A stretch of DNA of 64,000 nucleotides from an uncultured Ignavibacteriales bacterium (GTDB taxonomy: Bacteria > Zixibacteria > MSB-5A5 > GN15 > FEB-12). This document shows, one piece after another, positions 37,614-45,418 of the stretch; the first letter of the stretch is position 1, and every line of letters begins with the position of its first letter. Location: assembly GCA_964416195.1 (NCBI GenBank), contig CAYQDB010000006.1:60765-124764 (forward strand). Reading direction: 5' to 3'. A program made the position numbers and the translations under genes. The notes beneath the pieces were generated by a model that was given only the letters and a program-made list of their open reading frames with translations, did no database searches and was not told the origin of the DNA.

Positions 37614-38357
37614 TTACCCATATATTCTCTTGAGCTTCTTCAAATCCTGCGGAGTATCGACTGACACGGACCGCATGGCGGTTTTGAACACAGTCAACTT
37701 GCCACCGTTTTCCAGCACCCTTAGCTGTTCCAGCGACTCGGCTTTCTCCAGAGGCGACCGTTTCCACCCGGTGAAACGCTCCAAGCCCCGACGTCGGAAG
37801 AAGTAGACTCCGATGTGTGCCAAAAACGGGAACAGCTCCGCTTTATTCTTCTTATCGGCGCTCTGTAAGTAGGGGATGGGGGAACGGGAAAACCACAATG
37901 CGGTGCCGTCTGCGGCAACCACGACCTTGACGATATTGGGACTATGCAGCTCCTTATCCGTGTCCAGGCGACGGGCCAGGGTCGCGAACTCTATACGGGG
38001 GTTACTGGTGAGTCTCTTGATTGTTCCATCAAGGACGCGCGCCTTAAGCCCCAGGTTATCAGCTTGAATATTGACCACAATATCGCCCCCTACTCTTTGC
38101 ATAACCTCAGCCACACGATCGGAACCGGTACGGTGGCGGGAGGAAGTCAGTAACGCTTCTCCTCCGAAATCTGTAACCGCTTTTAGCACCTGTCTGCTGT
38201 CGGAAGCCACGATCACCCTGTCAATTCTCCTGGCTTTTCTTGCCTCGTTGTAGACGTAGAAAAGAAGCGGTTTGCCTTGGTAGGGGTAAATCACCTTATT
38301 AGAAAACCGCTTAGAGTTTAGCCGGGCTGGAATGACTGCTATGACAGTTGGCGCCAT
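37614..38357 (-). CDS. kdsB: 3-deoxy-manno-octulosonate cytidylyltransferase
   Basis: Motifs are VIAVIPARLNSKRFSNK, TGSDRVAEV, VNIQADN. Confidence 0.9.
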   Translation of the reverse strand: MAPTVIAVIPARLNSKRFSNKVIYPYQGKPLLFYVYNEARKARRIDRVIVASDSRQVLKAVTDFGGEALLTSSRHRTGSDRVAEVMQRVGGDIVVNIQADNLGLKARVLDGTIKRLTSNPRIEFATLARRLDTDKELHSPNIVKVVVAADGTALWFSRSPIPYLQSADKKNKAELFPFLAHIGVYFFRRRGLERFTGWKRSPLEKAESLEQLRVLENGGKLTVFKTAMRSVSVDTPQDLKKLKRIYG

Positions 38358-38644
38358 TACTTGATCACCCTGGGGACGCGGGAGTACTCGCCATCACTGT
38401 CGGGAGCATTGCATAAAGCCATGTCACGCGGTAGCGAGGGGCGCACCTTGTCTTCCCGAAAGACGTTTTCGACCGTGATAAACTGGTTGCGCGGCTCGAT
38501 TCCTTCGGTGTCAATCCCCTGGAGTTGCTCGAAATAGTCCACGATAACGGTAAGTTCCCGGGTGAATCTCTCAATCTCGTCGGGAGTCAGTTTCAACCGG
38601 GCCAGCCGGGCGATCTGTTTTACTTGATCCTTTGAGAGCGGCAT
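38357..38644 (-). CDS. gatC: Asp/Glu-tRNA amidotransferase subunit C
   Basis: 95 aa. The motifs are VKQIARLARLKLTPDEIERFTRELTVIVDYFEQL. Confidence 0.9.
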   Translation of the reverse strand: MPLSKDQVKQIARLARLKLTPDEIERFTRELTVIVDYFEQLQGIDTEGIEPRNQFITVENVFREDKVRPSLPRDMALCNAPDSDGEYSRVPRVIK

Positions 38645-38804
38645 GGAAGAAGATATGTACGTAAGATGCGCTTGTCAAGGTTAAAGGACTCACCGAAAGG
38701 GGACGGTGATGCCGCGCAGAGAAGCTTCGCCAGATCGATTAAAGCAACCTTACGAAACGCCGATACACTATATAGGTGTCCCAAAATGAAACAAGAACTG
38801 CACG

Positions 38805-40202
38805 GTGACAACAACACAGATTAAGGATAATCCAGTATCACTGGAGACGTTAGGGTCTCGTCTTTCGCCATCGCCAGCGATTGTGACCCGCATCGGTCTG
38901 TCGGAAGTAACCAAGGCAGCCGCCGTGGAGTCGCTGCTTTTGGGAGTACGGCTGCGAGGCTGGTTGGCTGACCGTGACAAGGAGTTTCTGGACAATCTTA
39001 CCCCCGACAGGTCCATCGCGTTTTTGATTCATGGCAAGCGCTATCTCCACCCGGAAGGTGTGCGGCTGTTTCCCCACGAAATGGTCGAAAGCGCCATAGC
39101 GCAAGGGGGCGAGGCGCTTTTCTCGCATCGGTATCGTCCCGGGAGGTCCCATGCGGACGGCTACACAATCCACACCGCTTTGATAAATCCATCAGAAGAA
39201 AATCCTCTGGTTATCGGTTATTTTGGGCCTGACAATCAACTCAGTCACCCGGAGACCCACGATCGGTTCTTTAAGTTAGTATCGCAATTCCGGCAAGCGT
39301 ACCGCCTGGCGGGCCAGGTTGCGCAAGAGCTGGCTGTGCGACAAGAAGCCGAAGTGCCAACGGCAATCATTAACCGTTGCTCAGGACGCGTGGTGGCAGT
39401 CAACGGGGCGGCGGAGACGTTGCTTCGTATCTCTGAGAGAAGGTTGGTTGATTTGGAGTTTGGCCAGTTGAAGTCCAGATTGATGCCGATTCTGACCAGC
39501 CGCAGGCTGAAAATAACCAACGTAAGTCGAGAGAACCTCTACCTGTCGGTCATTACTATACTCCCCGATCTGGCTTCCCGGGACCGCCGGGGCTCCGGAA
39601 CTGACGAGTTCTTTGTTGAAGTGCTTCGGAGCAAATCAGCAGACATAGTGAAGACAGTCAAGCGTCTGGAAACACTGAGCGACAGGATCGTGAATGAAGA
39701 GATTACTGCGCTTTCAGGAGCAGTTGCGAAAGCTACTAGGGAGCTCGATCTCTATATTGCCAGACTGCGTTTCTTGTGGCACTATGACCGCCTGGCACCA
39801 GGCGGTGTTGATCTACTGGAGGAACTGAGGCAGGCCCTTGGAAGGGTTGTTTCTGTGGTCGGCAGCAAACGCAGCATTGAAATAGGTGAGACGACTTCCG
39901 GTTTTGAGGTCCGGGCTCCGCGAGGTGCGCTTCTGAATCTGTTTGAAAGCATCTTGCTGTCACACCTTTCCGAGCTCGATGTGCCCGGCAATACGAATAT
40001 CAGCCTCGAGAAGCATCCGGCTGCTCGAGAATTGGTTATTGTTTTTGAGACTGATACTTTCCCGGTTCTTGCAGAAAATAGCATAAATCCTGAATGCTTA
40101 AGCTATGCCAAGGAACTAGCGGCCAGGATGGGTGTCCGGCTCGCTGACAGGGAAAGCGTACAGGATTACAAGGTGATTACCGGGGTGACGGTCAACCTGT
40201 GA
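38805..40202 (+). CDS. cytoplasmic histidine-kinase homologue lacking phospho-acceptor His and ATP-lid motifs (pseudo-kinase sensor: GAF-like/PAS-like + DHp-like + degenerate HATPase)
   Basis: GTG start, 465 aa. It has a PAS-like block (PTAIINRCSGRVVAVNGAAETLL). In the DHp-like helices, VLRSKSADI occupies the position where HisKA proteins have SHELRTPL. Where the N-box Asn should be, the sequence is ALLNLFESILLSHL. The G1 and G2 glycines are absent. It overlaps the downstream regulator by 4 nt (GTGA). Confidence 0.5.
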   Translation: MTTTQIKDNPVSLETLGSRLSPSPAIVTRIGLSEVTKAAAVESLLLGVRLRGWLADRDKEFLDNLTPDRSIAFLIHGKRYLHPEGVRLFPHEMVESAIAQGGEALFSHRYRPGRSHADGYTIHTALINPSEENPLVIGYFGPDNQLSHPETHDRFFKLVSQFRQAYRLAGQVAQELAVRQEAEVPTAIINRCSGRVVAVNGAAETLLRISERRLVDLEFGQLKSRLMPILTSRRLKITNVSRENLYLSVITILPDLASRDRRGSGTDEFFVEVLRSKSADIVKTVKRLETLSDRIVNEEITALSGAVAKATRELDLYIARLRFLWHYDRLAPGGVDLLEELRQALGRVVSVVGSKRSIEIGETTSGFEVRAPRGALLNLFESILLSHLSELDVPGNTNISLEKHPAARELVIVFETDTFPVLAENSINPECLSYAKELAARMGVRLADRESVQDYKVITGVTVNL

Positions 40203-41623
40203 AGGGTTTGATAGAATCGAATCTCATGAATGGGAAGAGGAAAACATCGATCTTGCTGATTGACCCAGATGGGAGCGCTCAGCGCTCACTGTCGTTGGGT
40301 GTTGGGAAAGACGAATACCTGATCAAGGTAACCAATTCGAGTCAAGCCGCCCTGGATATACTGGACCGGCAGGCGTTTGATATTGCGCTTATCGCTGATC
40401 TGGCGGACCAGGCCACAGTCCCGGAAACTGTCAAGCGAATACGACTGGGTCACCTCTACACAGAGGTTATTCTCCTGGGAGAATCATCAGATGATAAAAT
40501 GGCCGTTGAGGCGCTGCGTGCAGGGGCTTTCGACTGTATCAATAAGCCTTTTTCCAGCGAGTATCTGTGGCTGAGACTGGGCAAGACGGCCGAGCATGGA
40601 AATATGAGGAAGGAGTTGACTGCGCTGCAGCGTGAGATAGCGATGGACTGCGCGTTTGATAATATTGTCGGCGTATCAGCAGCAATAACAAAACTGAAGG
40701 AGACGATCAAGCGCATCGCTCCTACTGACATTCCCGTTCTCATAACCGGTGCCATGGGAACCGGTAAGGGGTTTCTGGCTCGCGTGATCCATCACCATTC
40801 CGACCGCCGCCGGAGGCCGTTTGTTAGCGTTGACTGTTCCGGCGTTGACGGCGCACAGCTCGAAAAGGTGTTATTCGGGCCGACCGAGGACGGCAACTCT
40901 TTGGAGCCAAGAGAGCTGGCGGCAGCCCTAGAAAAAGCCGACCACGGCAGTCTTTTCCTGGACGCGGTCGATCGCATGCCACTCCCGGTCCAGACAAAGC
41001 TGTCATGTTTTCTGCGGGACTTCAAACTGGAAGCATCCCGCCCCGGAGCAGATAGGAAGATCGATGTGCGTGTGATCACCGCTACCGAAAAGAACCTGGG
41101 CTCTCTCGTTGCTGAAGGGAAGTTTCGCGAGGATCTACTCAATCGCCTGGGTGTTGTCAGTGTGGAAATCCCCGCGCTTGCTGAGCGGACTGAAGATATA
41201 GAAATGTTGACTGATTATTTGCTTCGAAGGATTGCCGCCGATTTCGGCAGGAAGCAGTTGAGCATCAGCCGGCAGGCCGTCGATAAACTTGTCAGCCATA
41301 CCTGGCCGGGGAATGTACGCGAGTTGCAGAACTGTCTCAGGCAGGCTGTGGTTCACTGCAACCGCGATTATCTGGACGTGGACGATATCATCCTGGGAGT
41401 TTCCAACGATTACCGAAATCCCGGCGAGAGGATGTCACCGGGATCGGCATCGATAGCTACTGATAGTCTTCTCGAGGACAACCAGCGCGTTGTCATCAGG
41501 AAGGCTCTCGCTAATAATAACTGGAATTTCAGCCAGACGGCTCAGGCGCTTGGTATCGGACGAACGACATTGTGGCGCAAGGTTAAGAAATACAACCTGA
41601 AACGGGATACCGTACCAAGTTAG
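40199..41623 (+). CDS. NtrC-family response regulator (REC + AAA+ sigma54-interaction-type + Fis HTH) lacking GAFTGA and the Walker-B glutamate
   Basis: 474 aa. The REC domain has SILLIDPDG...IALIAD...NKPF. The AAA+ domain has VLITGAMGTGKG, GSLFLDAVD, FREDLLNRL and GNVRELQN. The HTH is NFSQTAQALGIGRTTLWRKVKKY. The expected ELFGHEKGAFTGA reads VLFGPTEDGNSLEP. Confidence 0.8.
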   Translation: MKGLIESNLMNGKRKTSILLIDPDGSAQRSLSLGVGKDEYLIKVTNSSQAALDILDRQAFDIALIADLADQATVPETVKRIRLGHLYTEVILLGESSDDKMAVEALRAGAFDCINKPFSSEYLWLRLGKTAEHGNMRKELTALQREIAMDCAFDNIVGVSAAITKLKETIKRIAPTDIPVLITGAMGTGKGFLARVIHHHSDRRRRPFVSVDCSGVDGAQLEKVLFGPTEDGNSLEPRELAAALEKADHGSLFLDAVDRMPLPVQTKLSCFLRDFKLEASRPGADRKIDVRVITATEKNLGSLVAEGKFREDLLNRLGVVSVEIPALAERTEDIEMLTDYLLRRIAADFGRKQLSISRQAVDKLVSHTWPGNVRELQNCLRQAVVHCNRDYLDVDDIILGVSNDYRNPGERMSPGSASIATDSLLEDNQRVVIRKALANNNWNFSQTAQALGIGRTTLWRKVKKYNLKRDTVPS

Positions 41624-41650
41624 CTCGGAGGCGCCCTGGCCTGAGGGGGT

Positions 41651-42193
41651 ATGTGCAGATTGCAGCAAAGTGACAACATTACAGAGTTCACGGACGAAAG
41701 CTCCGAGGACAACTATCAGACCCTTGATGAAGTAGTCAGAGGCATCAGTGATCTGTCTGAGGTTTTCTTTGAGCTAACCCGGTACCTGAACAGGGACTTT
41801 GAGATCAACAAAGGGGTGCTCGTCCTTAGGCAGGAGCGTCCAAGAAAGCTTGCTGCTGTTTCAACGTGGAGCAATGGTCTCGGCCGCGATGGTCTTGCCC
41901 TTAATCTACCCTGCGACTCGTCATTGTTCGAGCAGGTGGCTGAAAACGGGCAGGTATATACCGAGAATTATTGCGGTGCTTTCAGCGGCAACTTCTTCGA
42001 GCGGAAACTGCTCCTGGGCGAGAACTCCCGCTCGTTTGTCCTGCAACCGCTGAAGTCAAACGGGCGCGTCGTCGGACTGCTGGGTTACAGTTCCGAAAGC
42101 GCAACCGCTTTCACCATGTTCGAGGAAGGAACGCTGGACGGTGTCGCCGAGGTGTTCGGCTCGGTAATAGAAGCCGGTAAGTACAGCCTTTGA
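41651..42193 (+). CDS. GAF-domain protein (single domain)
   Basis: 180 aa. The pattern VLVLRQERPRKLAAVSTWSNG...LFEQVAENGQVY...SFVLQPLKSNGRVVGLLGY is GAF-like. It is the third gene of the signalling cluster. Confidence 0.55.
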   Translation: MCRLQQSDNITEFTDESSEDNYQTLDEVVRGISDLSEVFFELTRYLNRDFEINKGVLVLRQERPRKLAAVSTWSNGLGRDGLALNLPCDSSLFEQVAENGQVYTENYCGAFSGNFFERKLLLGENSRSFVLQPLKSNGRVVGLLGYSSESATAFTMFEEGTLDGVAEVFGSVIEAGKYSL

Positions 42194-42204
42194 GAAAGTC
42201 CCGA

Positions 42205-43203
42205 CTAACGCATGTTCTTCTTCAGAGCCTTAATCCTGCGTTTGGCCCGGTTGTGTTCGGCGTTGGTTCGTGAGAAGAAATGCTCGCCCGTGACATCTGC
42301 CACAAAATAAAGGTAGTCGGTTTCCTGCGGATGCAGGGCCGCTGTTATCGCTGCCAGCCCCGGGGAGTTGATGGGCGTCGGAGGAAGGCCCTGGTGACGA
42401 TAGGTGTTGTACGGAGTGCCCTTCTTCAAATCCTGCCTGTAAAGGGGACGGTTCAACCCACCAAGACCATAAATCACAGTAGGGTCGGCATCCAGTCTCA
42501 TGTTCTTACGAAGACGGTTGAGGTAAACAGAGGCCACTACCTGGCGTTCGTTGTCTAACTTTGTTTCCGCTTCGATGATAGAAGCCAAAGTGATGATTTC
42601 GTAGCGAGACAAATCACTGTCAATGCTATCCGGCCAGATGCTGTCGGTCTCAGCGTGAAACTGAGCAACCATTTCCCGTATGACCTCAGTCTCACTAATT
42701 CCCCAGGGGAAAACGTATGTCTCTGGGAAGAGGTAACCTTCCAGGCAGGGTAGATCGAGAGATTGTAGCAAAGTAGAGTCACTGTTGCCTGCGACGATCG
42801 CTGCGGAATCGAGATCAAGTTTATGCGCAACAATCGATGCCACCTTCCATATTGGTGCTCCTTCCGGCACCGTGATCTTGATCAGGACATAACTGGCGTG
42901 GCGCAACTTCGCCAACACTGTACGGCAGGAGTTGTGTCCGGTGAAATCGTAGCGGCCGGGTGTCAGTCTCTTGTCGACCCCGGTAATGCGGGCGGGGTAA
43001 GTCAGCATCACCCTGGAGGTGACAACACCTTGTGAGATCAGCTCATCTACGACAGATGCAAATGTGTCACCTGGTTTGATAATGATAGAGACAACGCGGT
43101 CGCCGAGATCAATTGAGCGATTATACAGATAGAATGTATAAGCTACTGCCAGTACCAGCAGGGCAGCGATGATTGCGAGTATGCTTCCTTTTCTTCTACT
43201 CAT
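42205..43203 (-). CDS. mltG: endolytic murein transglycosylase MltG (YceG-like)
   Basis: 332 aa with an N-terminal TM segment. Motifs are LASIIEAETKLDNERQVVASVYLNRL, DPTVIYG, NTYRHQGLPPTPINSPG. Confidence 0.9.
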   Translation of the reverse strand: MSRRKGSILAIIAALLVLAVAYTFYLYNRSIDLGDRVVSIIIKPGDTFASVVDELISQGVVTSRVMLTYPARITGVDKRLTPGRYDFTGHNSCRTVLAKLRHASYVLIKITVPEGAPIWKVASIVAHKLDLDSAAIVAGNSDSTLLQSLDLPCLEGYLFPETYVFPWGISETEVIREMVAQFHAETDSIWPDSIDSDLSRYEIITLASIIEAETKLDNERQVVASVYLNRLRKNMRLDADPTVIYGLGGLNRPLYRQDLKKGTPYNTYRHQGLPPTPINSPGLAAITAALHPQETDYLYFVADVTGEHFFSRTNAEHNRAKRRIKALKKNMR

Positions 43204-43270
43204 CGTTCTCTGGTAAACAATACCGTTTCTGTTTATTCCTTATGTAGAGGGTGGCCTTCCATCGGTCGCC

Positions 43271-43388
43271 CTTCGACTCCGCTCAGGGTGACTTGATTCG
43301 ACCGGAGGTAAGCGGATTTGGCTTAAGGTGACAGCGAGTGAGAGATGGGAGAGGCTTTTTGTCACTGTCATGCTGAGCGGAGTCGAAG
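43271..43388. repeat. inverted pair of CTTCGACTCCGCTCAG(GG/CA)TGAC modules separated by 74 nt
   Basis: 43271-43292 and the reverse complement of 43367-43388 match at 20 of 22 positions. They sit in the intergenic region between mltG and ruvX. Confidence 0.75.
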
Positions 43389-43508
43389 TATGACGCCTGT
43401 TCACGGGTAGGAGGTGACCTTCTGTCACGCCACAAGTCCTGTATTGGCTTGGGTGAACACAATATGCAGACACGGTTTTCGGTTTCCTATTCTGAGTGTT
43501 TAACTCGC

Positions 43509-43946
43509 TTACTCTTCCCGCGGCAGGCTGTCCAGAAATCGCTGAAGAATCAGTACCGCCGCTATGCGATCAAGGCGTTTCTTGTCCTGTCCGATTTTCT
43601 TACCGTGAGCGTGCACCACTCGCTCGGCCTCAACAGTAGACAGTCGTTCATCCACTCTATGTATCGGGCCGCTGAAGGTTCTTTCCAGCCGTTCAATAAA
43701 TCGATCCACCTCAAGGCATTTGGGACTTTTTTCTCCCGATAGTAAGAGGGGATATCCGACTACCAGCCCCGCTGGCTGATACTCCTCAATGATGGTGGAA
43801 ATCTTGTCTACAGCATCACGGTCGGAGGACACCTCAATCGTTGTTAAGGCTGATGCGATCAATCCAGTCGGGTCGCTTTTTGCCAGACCAACATGTCTGG
43901 TTCCATAGTCGATGCCGATGAAGGTCTTGTCATGGGGTTCGATCAT
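43509..43946 (-). CDS. ruvX: Holliday-junction resolvase-like nuclease RuvX/YqgF
   Basis: 145 aa. Motifs are FIGIDYGTRHVGLAKSD, VVGYPL, DERLST. Confidence 0.9.
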   Translation of the reverse strand: MIEPHDKTFIGIDYGTRHVGLAKSDPTGLIASALTTIEVSSDRDAVDKISTIIEEYQPAGLVVGYPLLLSGEKSPKCLEVDRFIERLERTFSGPIHRVDERLSTVEAERVVHAHGKKIGQDKKRLDRIAAVLILQRFLDSLPREE

Positions 43947-44039
43947 GAAGCAAGTCTATTGTTTTATGTCCGGGTTGTCAATGGAAGGTATTACAGGTTG
44001 TGAGACAGGGTTGTCTGACCGGGCTAACGAAAGAGAACA

Positions 44040-45308
44040 TCAGGTCTTGCGCTGCTTTTTCTTGGCCGCCGGAAAGAGGATATTGTTCAGGATCAGCCGG
44101 TAGCCGGGGGAGTTCTTGTGAAGGGAGAGGTCTGTTGGTGGGTCGTGCACCATGTGTCGGTAGTCTTCGGGGTCATGTCCGGATAGAAATGTGAAAGTGC
44201 CCCGCCCCAGGTTTCCATGGATATAGCGAACCTCGTCGAAGTTGTCCGGTTGGCCAAGGATGGTCACGAACTTCTTCAGCAGCGACTTCCGAAATCCTGT
44301 CGTCTGGCCCATAAAGCCATTGATGGTGTTGACATGATCCTGGGTGAGCATCGTGGGAACCGGATCGAGCTTGGCGGCAAAGTCAAACAGGTAAAAGAAA
44401 TCGTCCTGCTGGCGGGGGAAACGCACCAGGCGATCCGGGTAGGTATCGATATTGGAATGGCGGTACAGCATCGGATCGAGGGTAACAGTGAAGTTTTCGA
44501 ATGCGAACGTCTTGGTGTAATCCAGTTTTCCCTGAGCTCCGGGATCGACAGGATCGCCGTCAAACTCCGAGGGGACAATGTCGACTCCATCGGCGGCGAG
44601 GGCGATGTCGATCGTTTCCGGGGCCGAACACATCGAAAACAAGAACCCTCCCCGTCGGACGTAGTCGTAGACAGCCTTCGCCACATCCAATTTCATCAGG
44701 GATACTTTGTTGTAGCCGAGCTTTCTGGCCATCTTCTCATCGGTTCTGACTTGAGCCTGGTACCAGAGTTCGTTACGAAAGGCGGCGTAGAACTTCCCAT
44801 ACTGGCCGGTGAAGTCCTCGTGGTGGCAGTGAAGCCAGTCGTACTCCTCAAGCTCGCCCGATAAAACTTTCTCATCATAAATCAGATCATACTTGATCTC
44901 GGCATAGTTCAATGCAAGTGTGACGGCGTCATCCCAGGGTTCGGCATAAGATGGAGAATAAACGGCTATCTTGGGTGCTTTTTCTAACTCCACCCGTTCC
45001 ATGTTTTCGACTTCTATCTCTCGGAAGATATCAGCCACCTGGCCAGAAGTGACCTGTTCGTAGGATACCCCCATCAGCAGGCAGAGGTTGACGGTTTCAG
45101 GGGAGTCATCAAGCAGGAAGGAGCCCCCGCGGTAGTTGAGGAGCCATTCTCCTTTGTGGCCTTTCTCGAGCCACTTATAGACCACCCCGTACGCCTTGAG
45201 GTGGTCGGTCTGGCTTTCATTCATTGGAATCAGTAGCGAAGCCGCCGCTACCTTTATAGGAATGAGCGGCAGTAAGAGAAAAAGGCCTAATGTACATAAC
45301 TTGCGCAT
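44040..45308 (-). CDS. secreted conserved hypothetical protein
   Basis: I trimmed the track ORF to the ATG at 45308, which opens a clean signal peptide (MRKLCTLGLFLLLPLIPIKVAAA). I can identify no catalytic motif. It is adjacent to the DUF5686-like OMP gene. Confidence 0.55.
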   Translation of the reverse strand: MRKLCTLGLFLLLPLIPIKVAAASLLIPMNESQTDHLKAYGVVYKWLEKGHKGEWLLNYRGGSFLLDDSPETVNLCLLMGVSYEQVTSGQVADIFREIEVENMERVELEKAPKIAVYSPSYAEPWDDAVTLALNYAEIKYDLIYDEKVLSGELEEYDWLHCHHEDFTGQYGKFYAAFRNELWYQAQVRTDEKMARKLGYNKVSLMKLDVAKAVYDYVRRGGFLFSMCSAPETIDIALAADGVDIVPSEFDGDPVDPGAQGKLDYTKTFAFENFTVTLDPMLYRHSNIDTYPDRLVRFPRQQDDFFYLFDFAAKLDPVPTMLTQDHVNTINGFMGQTTGFRKSLLKKFVTILGQPDNFDEVRYIHGNLGRGTFTFLSGHDPEDYRHMVHDPPTDLSLHKNSPGYRLILNNILFPAAKKKQRKT

Positions 45309-45418
45309 GATTGAAAGGTACACACAAAACCAGTAATGGCAATCAAAGATTCTACACTTGCACAATAGCAGAGTTTCAGGCTGAATGGAGTGTCGCGGTT
45401 ACTCGATGCTGGAGGGGC

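Noticed and set aside
43240-43473. 77-aa minus-strand ORF in the mltG-ruvX spacer
   Set aside because: It is composed almost entirely of the CTTCGACTCCGCTCAG inverted-repeat modules and has no SD. It is probably a repeat-derived pseudo-ORF.
44217-44864. 215-aa plus-strand ORF. Similar long antisense ORFs lie at 51946-52557, 60041-60556, 29291-29836, 32922-33437 and 5149-5676.
   Set aside because: Each lies wholly within, and opposite to or out of frame with, a gene that has clear family motifs or signal peptides. None has an SD-like sequence or a recognisable motif.
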